The notes under the pieces: model-generated
What the model was told of the DNA's origin: nothing
Databases searched by the model: none
Seen by the model: the letters and a program-made list of their open reading frames with translations, nothing else
Program-made: the position numbers and the translations under genes
In this document: piece after piece, positions 1 through 9,321 of the stretch
Position numbering within the stretch: position 1 is the first letter of the stretch
Layout: every line of letters begins with the position of its first letter
Assembly: GCA_029268695.1 (NCBI GenBank)
Contig: JAQWNJ010000014.1
Location: 64,751-128,750 of the forward strand
Origin: Bacteroidia bacterium
Lineage (GTDB): Bacteria > Bacteroidota > Bacteroidia > NS11-12g > UBA9320
Length of the DNA stretch: 64,000 nucleotides
Reading direction: 5' to 3'

Positions 1-1953
1 GCAGTTGTTATAGCAAAACGCATTTCATATGGGCTTTCTAAATTAAGCCCAAGAACAACTATCCTACTTGGGGAACGAGAATTTCAGAAAGCAGCTTGTT
101 GCAACCTATCCGAAAGTTTTGAAAATGCCCCTGCTATCGACGTTAGTTTCAGTGATGCTGTCACAGGAACAAAACAGATTAAAATGCTTGGCCTTGATGG
201 TTTTTACACACTAATTGGTAGAGAGTATATGCCATCCGTCAGAACACTTAATTCATATTATGGTTTATCTCACATTCCCGCTGCATGGGTAGATGGGATT
301 CAAATAACTAAAGGTGCTGGTAGTGTCGTAAATGGCCACGAGAGTATTGCTGGTCAGATTAATATAGAGCTTAAAAAACCCTTTGGGTCTGAAAAATTCA
401 TTTTGGACCAATTTGCTAGTTCTGGTGGACGATTTGAAACGGATTTTATGTATACAAAGGATATTACAAAAAACATTGCATCCTCACTATTCATTCGATA
501 TGGAAATAGATCATTAGAATTCGATAATAATAACGATGGGTTTTTAGATATGCCAATAAGTGAAGATTTTAAGATTATGAATCGTTGGCAATTCTTTAAC
601 AAAAATGGTTTTGAAGGGACAGCAAATGCTAGCTACCACAACAGTCTTCAAAAAGCTGGACAATCAAATTCAAACTCAAATCCATATAAAATTGGCATTA
701 ATACTGAAGTTATCGATTTTTTTGCTAAGCTTGGGAAACCCTCGAAAAAAAATGAGTACAGTAGTTTTGGTTCTCAGTATAATTTCAATCACTCAGAAAT
801 GTCCAGCAATTATGGCTCTAACGAAAATCATAAAGAATATCTAGCACAAACAAATCAAGGGTATGTTAACCTTCTTTATGAAAGTATTATTGGGAATAGC
901 TTTCATCAATTTCAAACAGGTATTTCATTATTAATCGATGAAACTAAAGAAACCTTTGAGGGCTTTCAATTTGAAAGGACAGAAGCAGTCTCAGGACTAT
1001 TTTTTGAATACACATATAAACCAAAAGAAACATTCAGCTTAGTAGGTGGGATTAGATCAGACTTCAATACAATTTATGGTCTTTCTTTTACCCCAAGATT
1101 TCATGGGAAATATCGTTTTAATAAAGATAAAACATCGATAAGAATATCAACTGGTCTTGGAAGAAGAACAAGTAATCCGCTCGCTCAAAACCAAATGCTA
1201 TTTGCCTCAGGTAGAACTTTGGAATTTATAATGCGTGATTCTCAATTTGCCTATGGTTTGGAACAAGAATTAGCCTTAAATTCAGGGATAAGTTTTGAGC
1301 ATCAGTTTAAAATGAGGTACATGCCTGCAACAATTGGTCTTGATTTCTTCAATACTACGTTTAAAAATGAAGTAGTTGTGGACAGAGAAAATGCAGGGAA
1401 AGCCTATTTTTATAATGTAACAAATGGAACAATTGCAAATAGTTTTCAGACCCAACTAGACCTAAAGCCTGCTCGTAGGACTGAGATTCGCTTGGCATAC
1501 CGGATGTTTGATGTAAAGACCAAATATCAGAGTGAATCGAACACTTTATCCCTCATAACTAAACAAAAACCATTTATTTCTAAAGACCGAGCTTTTATTA
1601 ATATCACCCAGAGTACTCGAACTGATTGGAGATTTAATACTACACTAACTTGGTATGGGCCTCAGCGAATTGCTGGAGGTAAAGACACCATTTATTTCAC
1701 AAATAATTTAAAGCAAATTAAAGACAAATATTCACCTAACTTTTTTTTATTAAACGCTCAAATTAGTAAAACTTTTAAAAAAGAATTTGAGTTATATATT
1801 GGTGCAGAAAATATATTGAATTTTAAACAGCAAAACCCCATTCAAGATGCTATTCAACCATTTTCAGAAAATTTTGATGCTGGATTAGTTTGGGGACCTA
1901 TTTTTGGAAGAATAATCTATGGCGGTTTTCGATGGAGAATTAAATCAAAATGA
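1..1953 (+). CDS. TonB-dependent outer-membrane receptor (5' partial), heavy-metal-cluster type
   Basis: Frame 1 is open from base 1 (AVVIAK...QKAACCNLSESFENAPAIDVSFSDAVTGTKQIKMLGLDG). Plug motif IQITKGAGSV..G..AGQIN; beta-barrel C-terminus ENILNF...GRIIYGGFRWRI. Confidence 0.88.
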   Translation, partial: AVVIAKRISYGLSKLSPRTTILLGEREFQKAACCNLSESFENAPAIDVSFSDAVTGTKQIKMLGLDGFYTLIGREYMPSVRTLNSYYGLSHIPAAWVDGIQITKGAGSVVNGHESIAGQINIELKKPFGSEKFILDQFASSGGRFETDFMYTKDITKNIASSLFIRYGNRSLEFDNNNDGFLDMPISEDFKIMNRWQFFNKNGFEGTANASYHNSLQKAGQSNSNSNPYKIGINTEVIDFFAKLGKPSKKNEYSSFGSQYNFNHSEMSSNYGSNENHKEYLAQTNQGYVNLLYESIIGNSFHQFQTGISLLIDETKETFEGFQFERTEAVSGLFFEYTYKPKETFSLVGGIRSDFNTIYGLSFTPRFHGKYRFNKDKTSIRISTGLGRRTSNPLAQNQMLFASGRTLEFIMRDSQFAYGLEQELALNSGISFEHQFKMRYMPATIGLDFFNTTFKNEVVVDRENAGKAYFYNVTNGTIANSFQTQLDLKPARRTEIRLAYRMFDVKTKYQSESNTLSLITKQKPFISKDRAFINITQSTRTDWRFNTTLTWYGPQRIAGGKDTIYFTNNLKQIKDKYSPNFFLLNAQISKTFKKEFELYIGAENILNFKQQNPIQDAIQPFSENFDAGLVWGPIFGRIIYGGFRWRIKSK

Positions 1954-2642
1954 ATAAAAAAGAAATTATAATTTCAGGTATTTCTTGCATGAGTTGTGTG
2001 AGCAAAATTGAAAAACAACTTTACACGAATACTTCATTAAATAAAATTACTATTCATAAAGATAGTGGGTCAACCCTTCTTGAAGGAAATAATATACCCG
2101 CCCAAATTGAAATTCAAAGCCTACTAACTGAAATCGGTGATTATAGTCTAACACCTCCCAAAAAAAGCTATTTTTTTATTCAATATAAACCCCTCATCCT
2201 TATTCTTTTTTACCTATCTATTGTCACTTTAAGCATTGAGTTAAGTTCGGGTATTTTCATATTGGAAACCTGGATGGCGAATTTCATGGCTGGATTCTTT
2301 CTCGTATTTTCATTCTTCAAGTTACTGGATATCCCTGCTTTTGCAAAAGCATATCAATCTTATGATATCATATCCTCTAGATTTGGGTTTTATGGATATA
2401 TCTACCCATTTATTGAATTAGGTTTAGGCCTCGCATATGTTTTCTTTTATGACAGTGACATAACAAATTTAACAACTGCTATTGTTATGTTTGTAAGTTT
2501 AGTAGGTGTGTCAAAGTCTGTCATCCAAAAATCAAAGATTCAATGTGCTTGTCTAGGAACAGTATTTAACCTTCCTATGAGTTACGTTACAATCATTGAA
2601 AATTTATTAATGTTATCTATGGCACTGTTTATGCTTTTATAA
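1950..2642 (+). CDS. HMA domain fused to a MauE/DoxX-like membrane domain
   Basis: N-terminal GISCMSC (GMxCxxC-like); several TM helices; FAKAYQSYD, YPFIEL, CACLG and IENLLM motifs. Confidence 0.8.
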   Translation: MNKKEIIISGISCMSCVSKIEKQLYTNTSLNKITIHKDSGSTLLEGNNIPAQIEIQSLLTEIGDYSLTPPKKSYFFIQYKPLILILFYLSIVTLSIELSSGIFILETWMANFMAGFFLVFSFFKLLDIPAFAKAYQSYDIISSRFGFYGYIYPFIELGLGLAYVFFYDSDITNLTTAIVMFVSLVGVSKSVIQKSKIQCACLGTVFNLPMSYVTIIENLLMLSMALFMLL

Positions 2643-2651
2643 TATAGAAAT

Positions 2652-3398
2652 ATGAAACAAATTATCTTTATAATAATTGGAAGTTGGTTTTTATTATCAG
2701 TCATGGGTTGCAAGCCTGATCCCCCGATAAAAAATGAGGTTTCAACAATGGATATTACTATCAATCACGTGTTTGATGCTTCAGATTTTGAACTTAATCA
2801 AGAATATACATTACCTAGTGATGAACCTGTCAAATTCAGTCGATTCGCCTATTTATTATCTAACTTTTATCTGATTGATGAAAATGAGTTTAGAATAGCA
2901 TTAGACAAGCAATACCTTTACGTTGATATTAAATCTTCTAACTCTGATTTTAAACTAATAAGTATTCCTAAGGGAACCTACAAAGGAATCGGATTTTCTA
3001 TCGGTTTGGATTCCATTACAAATCACGGTAATCCAAATCAATACATCTCAGACCATCCTTTATCACCTATCAATAACTCGCTGCATTGGAGCTGGCAGGG
3101 CGGCTATATTTTTACAGCAATCGAAGGGAAAACCATAGCTAATAATGAAAGTTTTATTTTCCATTTAGCCGGCACACAGAATAAAGTTGATTTTGAATTG
3201 CCTTACAATTTTTCAAAGGAAGATGATGCAATCCATGCTGTTTTAAACTGTAACATTAAAGAAGTGTTTCAGAGCCCTGAAGTATATACCATAGAAATTG
3301 ATGGTCCTAGCACACATAATGTGGAAGATCCTGTCACACTAAAATTAATTAATAATATGAAAGATGTATTTTCTGTATCTTCTGTAGGAAGCCTGTAA
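2652..3398 (+). CDS. MbnP-family copper-binding lipoprotein
   Basis: Lipobox VMGC; YLLSNFYL, IPKGTYKGIGFSIGLD and HWSWQGGYIF (WxW) motifs; directly upstream of a di-heme enzyme. Confidence 0.8.
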   Translation: MKQIIFIIIGSWFLLSVMGCKPDPPIKNEVSTMDITINHVFDASDFELNQEYTLPSDEPVKFSRFAYLLSNFYLIDENEFRIALDKQYLYVDIKSSNSDFKLISIPKGTYKGIGFSIGLDSITNHGNPNQYISDHPLSPINNSLHWSWQGGYIFTAIEGKTIANNESFIFHLAGTQNKVDFELPYNFSKEDDAIHAVLNCNIKEVFQSPEVYTIEIDGPSTHNVEDPVTLKLINNMKDVFSVSSVGSL

Positions 3399-3404
3399 AA
3401 CTTA

Positions 3405-4514
3405 ATGAAGAAGTTGTTCATCATATCATTTTTATTTGTCACTCTCCTATCATGTAAGGATGTAATCAACGAGATTCCACAAAATCCTTTTCAAATAACA
3501 CCATATTCATTCAGTTATAATACATCACTCTTACCTCCACCAAGAATACCCAGCGACAATCCTCTAACTGAAGAAGGAGTTCAATTGGGCAGAATGCTTT
3601 TTTATGACCCCATCTTAAGTTCAGATAGCTCACAAAGCTGTAATTCATGCCACAATCAAGCAAATGCATTTACAGACAATAATAATCAATTTAGTGTCGG
3701 GGTTAAAGGTACCGTCGGAAAACGCAATTCAATGGCTATTTTCAATTTAATGTGGCATATAGATGGATTCTTTTGGGATGGAAGTGCAGATATACTAAGA
3801 CATCAGGCTATCAAGCCAATAATTGATGAAACTGAGATGAACGAGAGCATTGACCATGTAATCATGAAATTAAATCGTTCACCGCTTTACAAAGAACACC
3901 TTCAAAAAGCATTTTTAGAATCCACATTTGACGAGGAGCTAATTGGAAAAGCATTAGAACAATTTATGTTATCTATTGTATCTGCAGATTCAAAGTTTGA
4001 TCGTGTGATGCTTGGATTAGAATCATTTACTGATGAAGAAAAAGTGGGTCAAGTAATATTTAATTCAGAATCTATACCACTCAAAGATGAGGTAGACCCT
4101 AACAATCCTCAAAATTTTGGTGCAGATTGCTTCCATTGTCATGGGAATAGTTTATTCATGCGTCGAGAATTTTTAACAAACGGACTATCAGACAATGGAG
4201 ATAAGGGCTTGGGAGATGTTACTGGAAATCCTAATGACAACTATAAATTCAAAACAACATCGCTTAGAAATATTGAGAAAACAGCACCGTACATGCATGA
4301 CGGAAGATTTAAAACGCTTGAGGAAGTAGTACAATTTTATCTTAGTGATATGAACGCATCAAGTGCTGTAGATCTCTCTGACTCTCCTAACTTACACGCA
4401 TTAAAAGATTCCGTTTATTTAAGCCCCGAGCACAAAAAGGCATTAATTTCCTTCCTAAAAACATTAACAGATGAAAGCCTATTAACCAACGAAAAATATA
4501 CATCACCATTTTAA
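3405..4514 (+). CDS. MbnH/MauG-like di-heme cytochrome c peroxidase family lipoprotein
   Basis: Lipobox LLSC; LGRMLFYDPILS; heme motifs CNSCH and CFHCH; FFWDG; FKTTSLRNI; TAPYMHDG...VVQFY. Confidence 0.88.
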   Translation: MKKLFIISFLFVTLLSCKDVINEIPQNPFQITPYSFSYNTSLLPPPRIPSDNPLTEEGVQLGRMLFYDPILSSDSSQSCNSCHNQANAFTDNNNQFSVGVKGTVGKRNSMAIFNLMWHIDGFFWDGSADILRHQAIKPIIDETEMNESIDHVIMKLNRSPLYKEHLQKAFLESTFDEELIGKALEQFMLSIVSADSKFDRVMLGLESFTDEEKVGQVIFNSESIPLKDEVDPNNPQNFGADCFHCHGNSLFMRREFLTNGLSDNGDKGLGDVTGNPNDNYKFKTTSLRNIEKTAPYMHDGRFKTLEEVVQFYLSDMNASSAVDLSDSPNLHALKDSVYLSPEHKKALISFLKTLTDESLLTNEKYTSPF

Positions 4515-4533
4515 AATTTAATATATTTACACC

Positions 4534-4896
4534 ATGAAAAATACTATACTATTAGCATCGCTATTAATCTCAAGCGTTCTTTTTGCAAAAAATATAACTT
4601 CACGTATTGAAGTAAAAGCCAATTGTGAAATCTGCAAAGAAAAAATTGAAAAAACATTAGATATCCCCGGAATTTCTCATGCAGATTGGAACAAAGAGAC
4701 TAAGATTCTTACAGTTAGATATAACGAGAAAAAAATATCCCTAGATGATATCCATTCTATGATTAGCAATATTGGATACGCAACTAATAAAGTCAACGCT
4801 AATAGTGAGAGTCAAGCCCAACTTATGAAATGTTGTCAACCAAAAGAACCCGTCAAAAAATGTAACACAACTAAAAAGGGGTGTTGTACTAAGTAA
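4534..4896 (+). CDS. Exported heavy-metal-associated (HMA) protein with Cys-rich tail
   Basis: Signal peptide; ANCEICKEKIEK; IGY; C-terminal CCQ...C...GCC. Confidence 0.8.
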   Translation: MKNTILLASLLISSVLFAKNITSRIEVKANCEICKEKIEKTLDIPGISHADWNKETKILTVRYNEKKISLDDIHSMISNIGYATNKVNANSESQAQLMKCCQPKEPVKKCNTTKKGCCTK

Positions 4897-5025
4897 CAAT
4901 CAACTTTCATTAAGAAAATCAATCGATACTTCTGATCTTGATCAGACGCAATTCTAATCTTTTTCTTGAACCCATTACTCTAAAAAAACACGATTAATAG
5001 TGCTACTTTACTTTATGAATAATCT

Positions 5026-5033
5026 TATTTTTG
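5026..5033 (+). promoter_or_regulatory. Bacteroidota primary-sigma -7 element for pdhB
   Basis: TATTTTTG matches TAnnTTTG, 18 nt before ATG 5052. Confidence 0.55.
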
Positions 5034-5051
5034 CACACAATAAAAATTAAA

Positions 5052-6032
5052 ATGTCAAGACAACTGCAAATACGTGAAGCACTTCGTGAAGCAATGAATG
5101 AGGAGATGCGAAAAGATGATTCTATTCTTCTCATGGGTGAGGAAGTTGCCGAGTATAATGGGGCATACAAAGTAAGTCAAGGAATGCTTGACGAATTTGG
5201 GGAGAAAAGAGTAATTGATACACCTATAGCTGAGTTAGGATTTGCTGGAATAGCAACTGGAGCTGCTACCAATGGGCTAAAGCCTATTGTAGAATTTATG
5301 ACATTTAACTTTAGTCTGGTTGCCATTGATCAAGTAATTAATGCTGCCGCTAAAATGAATAGTATGAGTGGTGGTCAATTTACATGCCCTATGGTATTTC
5401 GAGGACCTACCGGAAGTGCTGGACAACTAGGAGCTCAACATTCCCAAGCATTTGAGAACTGGTATGCTAATTGCCCTGGTCTAAAAGTTGCCGTATTGTC
5501 TAACGCATATAACGCAAAAGGCCTTCTAAAATCTGCTATTATTGATCCAGACCCAGTAATTTTTATGGAAAGTGAGCAGATGTACGGACTCAAGCATGAC
5601 GTTCCTGAGGATGAATATTATATTCCTCTTGGTCAAGCAAACATTCAAAAGACTGGTAGTGATGTGACCCTTGTTTCTTTCGGAAAGATGATGAGAGTTG
5701 CTGAAGAATCTGTAAAAATATTAACAGAAAAAGGAATTGATGTCGAACTTATTGATTTGCAATCTGTAAGACCAATCGACTACCAAACTATTGCAGAGAG
5801 TATTAAAAAGACCAATCGATGCGTAGTGCTCGAAGAAGCATGGCCTTTAGCATCTATCTCTTCTGAGATAAGCTACATGATGAGCCAAATGGTGTTCGAT
5901 CATCTTGACGCACCAATTAAGCGTGTAACTACACTCGATACACCACTGCCTTATGCATCTAGCCTAGTAGAAACTTGGTTACCTAATGCTAAGCGTGTAA
6001 TAGAAGCTGTCGAAGCAGTCATGTACCGATAA
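5052..6032 (+). CDS. pdhB: Pyruvate dehydrogenase E1 beta subunit
   Basis: REALREAMNEEM, GEEVAEYNGAYKVSQG, DTPIAELGFAG, EFMTFNF, AQHSQ. ATG 5052 preferred over TTG 5031, which overlaps the promoter. Confidence 0.95.
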   Translation: MSRQLQIREALREAMNEEMRKDDSILLMGEEVAEYNGAYKVSQGMLDEFGEKRVIDTPIAELGFAGIATGAATNGLKPIVEFMTFNFSLVAIDQVINAAAKMNSMSGGQFTCPMVFRGPTGSAGQLGAQHSQAFENWYANCPGLKVAVLSNAYNAKGLLKSAIIDPDPVIFMESEQMYGLKHDVPEDEYYIPLGQANIQKTGSDVTLVSFGKMMRVAEESVKILTEKGIDVELIDLQSVRPIDYQTIAESIKKTNRCVVLEEAWPLASISSEISYMMSQMVFDHLDAPIKRVTTLDTPLPYASSLVETWLPNAKRVIEAVEAVMYR

Positions 6033-6039
6033 AAAAAGT

Positions 6040-7053
6040 TTATTTTTTAAAACGCCCTTTACTGAATATTCTCACCCCAGTATCTTTCCCTTTTCGGAGT
6101 TCCCTTTGATCTTCCTCGGGCAATGCATTGATTTCCATACATTCATTAGAGCAGGCACCTGAGAACTTTGATGCACACTTTGGACACTGAATAAACAATA
6201 AATTACAAGCCTTATTAGCACAGTTAGTGTGATCATCAAAAGATTCTCCACACTGATGGCATTGAGCAATAATATCATCACTAATCCGCTCATTAATACG
6301 TTCATCAAAAACAAAGTTTTTACCAATAAACTTATTCTTTAAACCAAGCTCTTTAGCATCACGTGCATATTTAATAATTCCACCTTCAAGATGATAAACA
6401 TCCTTAAATCCCTTATGCTTTAAGTAAGCACTTGCTTTTTCACATCGAATTCCTCCCGTACAATACATTACAATGGGCTTATTCTTTTTGTCTGATAACT
6501 CATTAACAACAAGCGGAAGTTGATCTCTGAAAGTATCCACATCAGGATACCACGCCCCCTCGAAACGACCGACCTCACTTTCATAGTGATTTCGCATATC
6601 AATAAGAACTGTTTCATCTTGATCAGTTAGCTCATTGAATTCTTCTACCTTTAAATAACTACCTGGCTTCAAAACATCGAATAAATCGTCATTTAAACCA
6701 TCAGCTACAATTTTATTTTTAACCTTTATGGTGAGTTTAAAAAAAGACTTACCATCATCATCCGCAGCATAGTTAAGTCTTACATTTTCTAAAAATGAAA
6801 TTGAATCTAATGACAACTTAAATTCTGTTAGAAGTTCTTTTGGAACGCTCAATTGAGCATTGATTCCCTCTTTGGCAACATATATTCTACCTAAAACTCT
6901 GAGGTTATCCCAGTGATAAAAAAGATGATCTCTAAAAAGGTGAGGATTTGCAATTTTTGCGTATTTGTAAAAAGAAATGGTAGTCCGAGATTCATTACTA
7001 CTTTTAATTTTCTCTTTTAGCTGTTCCCCATTAACTGTATTATGCAATTTCAT
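6040..7053 (-). CDS. trhO: Rhodanese-domain tRNA uridine(34) hydroxylase TrhO/YceA family
   Basis: GRIYVAKEGINAQ, DMRNHYESEVGRF, MYCTGGIRCEKAS, GKNFVFDER, Cys-rich tail; TAACTTTG on the minus strand at 7078-7085. Confidence 0.9.
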   Translation of the reverse strand: MKLHNTVNGEQLKEKIKSSNESRTTISFYKYAKIANPHLFRDHLFYHWDNLRVLGRIYVAKEGINAQLSVPKELLTEFKLSLDSISFLENVRLNYAADDDGKSFFKLTIKVKNKIVADGLNDDLFDVLKPGSYLKVEEFNELTDQDETVLIDMRNHYESEVGRFEGAWYPDVDTFRDQLPLVVNELSDKKNKPIVMYCTGGIRCEKASAYLKHKGFKDVYHLEGGIIKYARDAKELGLKNKFIGKNFVFDERINERISDDIIAQCHQCGESFDDHTNCANKACNLLFIQCPKCASKFSGACSNECMEINALPEEDQRELRKGKDTGVRIFSKGRFKK

Positions 7054-7182
7054 GTTACACATTCCTTAATGATACTACAAAGTTAAACCCTAAGCGATGA
7101 TATAGAAAAATATGCTTGAATTGGATTCAATTTAATTAACCCATCATAAATCAAAAGTGGCATTTCATTCGTATATATAAGT

Positions 7183-8217
7183 ATGAAGTATGCTTATTAT
7201 TTAATTTTTCTTTTATTAGTGACTTCTTGTAATGCCCAAATTGAATCTGACAATATGATAAATCAAGAAAAACCCAACACAACAGAATACAATAAACTAA
7301 CTGAAGCTGAAAAAAGAATTATTATTCGAAAAGGTACAGAGTACCCTAACACAGGAGAATATAATAAACACTATGAGGATGGAACATACATATGCAGACA
7401 ATGCAATCAACAACTTTATCAATCATCATCCAAATTCAACAGCAATTGTGGCTGGCCGAGTTTTGATGATGAAATAGACGGAGCTGTAAATCGAATCCTT
7501 GATGCTGACGGTCGAAGAACTGAGATTGTTTGCAGTAATTGTGCAGGACATCTTGGACACGTATTTATTGGAGAAAATTTTACAATAAAAAACACCCGTC
7601 ACTGTGTAAATAGTATTTCTATGCAATTCGTCCCAAAGGGTAAATCCATTCCAAAAATAATTACCTTAAGTGAAATTTCAGAATTAGATACCATAACATT
7701 TGGGGCAGGTTGCTTCTGGTGCGTTGAAGTACTTTTTCAGAAGCTTAAGGGTGTTTCTTATGTTGAAAGTGGCTATGCAGGTGGGAAAATAAAAAATCCT
7801 ACATACAAAATGGTTTGTCAGGGCAATACTGGTTCAGTTGAAGTCGCTCAGCTAATTTATGACCCAAAAATTATATCAGCTGAAACACTTATTGATATTT
7901 TCTTTCATGTCCATGATCCTACTACACTAAACAGACAAGGAAACGATGTTGGAGACCAATACCGTTCAGTTATCTTTTATCACAGTGCCCAACAAAAAGA
8001 AATTGCGAATAATGTACTTAATAGAATAGATTCTAGTAATTTATGGAACGAACCCATAGTCACCAAAGTAGAATCCATATATAACTACAGTAAAGCAGAA
8101 GATTATCATCAAAATTACTATAATAATAACTCATCAACTAATGGTTACTGTAATATGGTAATCAGACCAAAAGTAGCAAAGTTTAAAATTAAATATGCTG
8201 ATCTTATTAAGAAGTAA
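7183..8217 (+). CDS. msrAB: Bifunctional methionine sulfoxide reductase (MsrB-MsrA) with lipoprotein signal
   Basis: MsrB: CRQC, GWPSF, CSNC, GHLGHVF, RHCVNS. MsrA: GAGCFWC, HDPTTLNRQGNDVGDQYRS, AEDYHQNYY. Lipobox VTSC. Confidence 0.93.
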   Translation: MKYAYYLIFLLLVTSCNAQIESDNMINQEKPNTTEYNKLTEAEKRIIIRKGTEYPNTGEYNKHYEDGTYICRQCNQQLYQSSSKFNSNCGWPSFDDEIDGAVNRILDADGRRTEIVCSNCAGHLGHVFIGENFTIKNTRHCVNSISMQFVPKGKSIPKIITLSEISELDTITFGAGCFWCVEVLFQKLKGVSYVESGYAGGKIKNPTYKMVCQGNTGSVEVAQLIYDPKIISAETLIDIFFHVHDPTTLNRQGNDVGDQYRSVIFYHSAQQKEIANNVLNRIDSSNLWNEPIVTKVESIYNYSKAEDYHQNYYNNNSSTNGYCNMVIRPKVAKFKIKYADLIKK

Positions 8218-9309
8218 TTAAGGGGTAGGATTTATTGAAGCCCTGACACTAAATACATGTGAGTATTGTGCTGCACTTTGATCTCCAATATCACTCAGAG
8301 CATAGTCCAAAACAACTTGTTTAAATTTGACACCAACCCCTATGTTAGGCATGAACGTCCACTGGTCACTAAAATTTAAATCCATTTGTTGTTGAATATT
8401 ACCTACTCCAGCTCTCAGAAACACAATTTCCTTATAACCACACTCAAGTCCTAAATGAGGGTCTCCACTAAGCAAATCTGATTTTAAAAGCGTATTTCGT
8501 TTACCATCCGTATTCACATCCAAATTCATTTCTGCAAGTAGGCTAAACTTATTATTAAAATTCATCTTTTTAGCCACACCAAAAATAAACTTAGGCAAAG
8601 TCAACTCTATAGAATTTTGTGGTATTTCATTATTTGTTTGCAGAAATATTTCTTCTTCAGCGGCAGTAAAATCATAGCTCCAGGCGTTGAAAGTAGTGGT
8701 AATATCTCTTGCCAGCAAGGCAAAAGTCCAATTATTTTTCGATTCATAGCGAGAGCTCATATCAACCCCAAATCCCCATGATGAAGCAAAGTCACCTGCT
8801 TGTCTATGAACAATCTTGGCACTTCCTCCAAAACTCAAACCATTTTTAAGAGCCTTCTGTGCGTAGCTAACAAAGAACCCATAGTCCACAGAACTAAAGC
8901 TCGTAATTCGATCATAATTAATCTGTCCATTTCTAATCAAATCTAGTGTGTTGGGAATATTGTCCACCCCAAATCTTACCATAGAAAAACTTAATGCTGA
9001 TTTTTCATTGACTTGAGTACTAATGCCTAAGTAATCGTAGTTAGCTATACCACTAAAATAATTAGAATGCATAAAGCTAATTTGTAACTTTTCTTTTTGT
9101 TTTATCAGCCCAGAAGGATTCCAATAGCCCGCAGTGACATCATCTACCGATGCCACAACAGAATTAGCCATACCAAAAGATCTAGCACCCACACCTATAG
9201 ACAAAAACTCATTGCTATACTTTGGTGTACTTTGAGCTAATAGGTTTTGATTAAAAAAAACCAATATACATACCACAAAAAACGTATACTTAAATTGTGA
9301 TAGTTTCAT
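8218..9309 (-). CDS. PorV/PorQ-family outer-membrane beta-barrel (T9SS-associated, PorV2-like)
   Basis: PKYSNEFLSIGVGARSFGMA; AGYWNPSGL; C-terminal LDYAL...SHVFS. Confidence 0.82.
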   Translation of the reverse strand: MKLSQFKYTFFVVCILVFFNQNLLAQSTPKYSNEFLSIGVGARSFGMANSVVASVDDVTAGYWNPSGLIKQKEKLQISFMHSNYFSGIANYDYLGISTQVNEKSALSFSMVRFGVDNIPNTLDLIRNGQINYDRITSFSSVDYGFFVSYAQKALKNGLSFGGSAKIVHRQAGDFASSWGFGVDMSSRYESKNNWTFALLARDITTTFNAWSYDFTAAEEEIFLQTNNEIPQNSIELTLPKFIFGVAKKMNFNNKFSLLAEMNLDVNTDGKRNTLLKSDLLSGDPHLGLECGYKEIVFLRAGVGNIQQQMDLNFSDQWTFMPNIGVGVKFKQVVLDYALSDIGDQSAAQYSHVFSVRASINPTP

Positions 9310-9321
9310 GTAAAAAAATTG

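Noticed and set aside
3775..3789. WDGSA instead of WDGRA in the di-heme enzyme as an inactivating change
   Set aside because: This position varies among MbnH-like proteins; the key Trp and both heme motifs are intact
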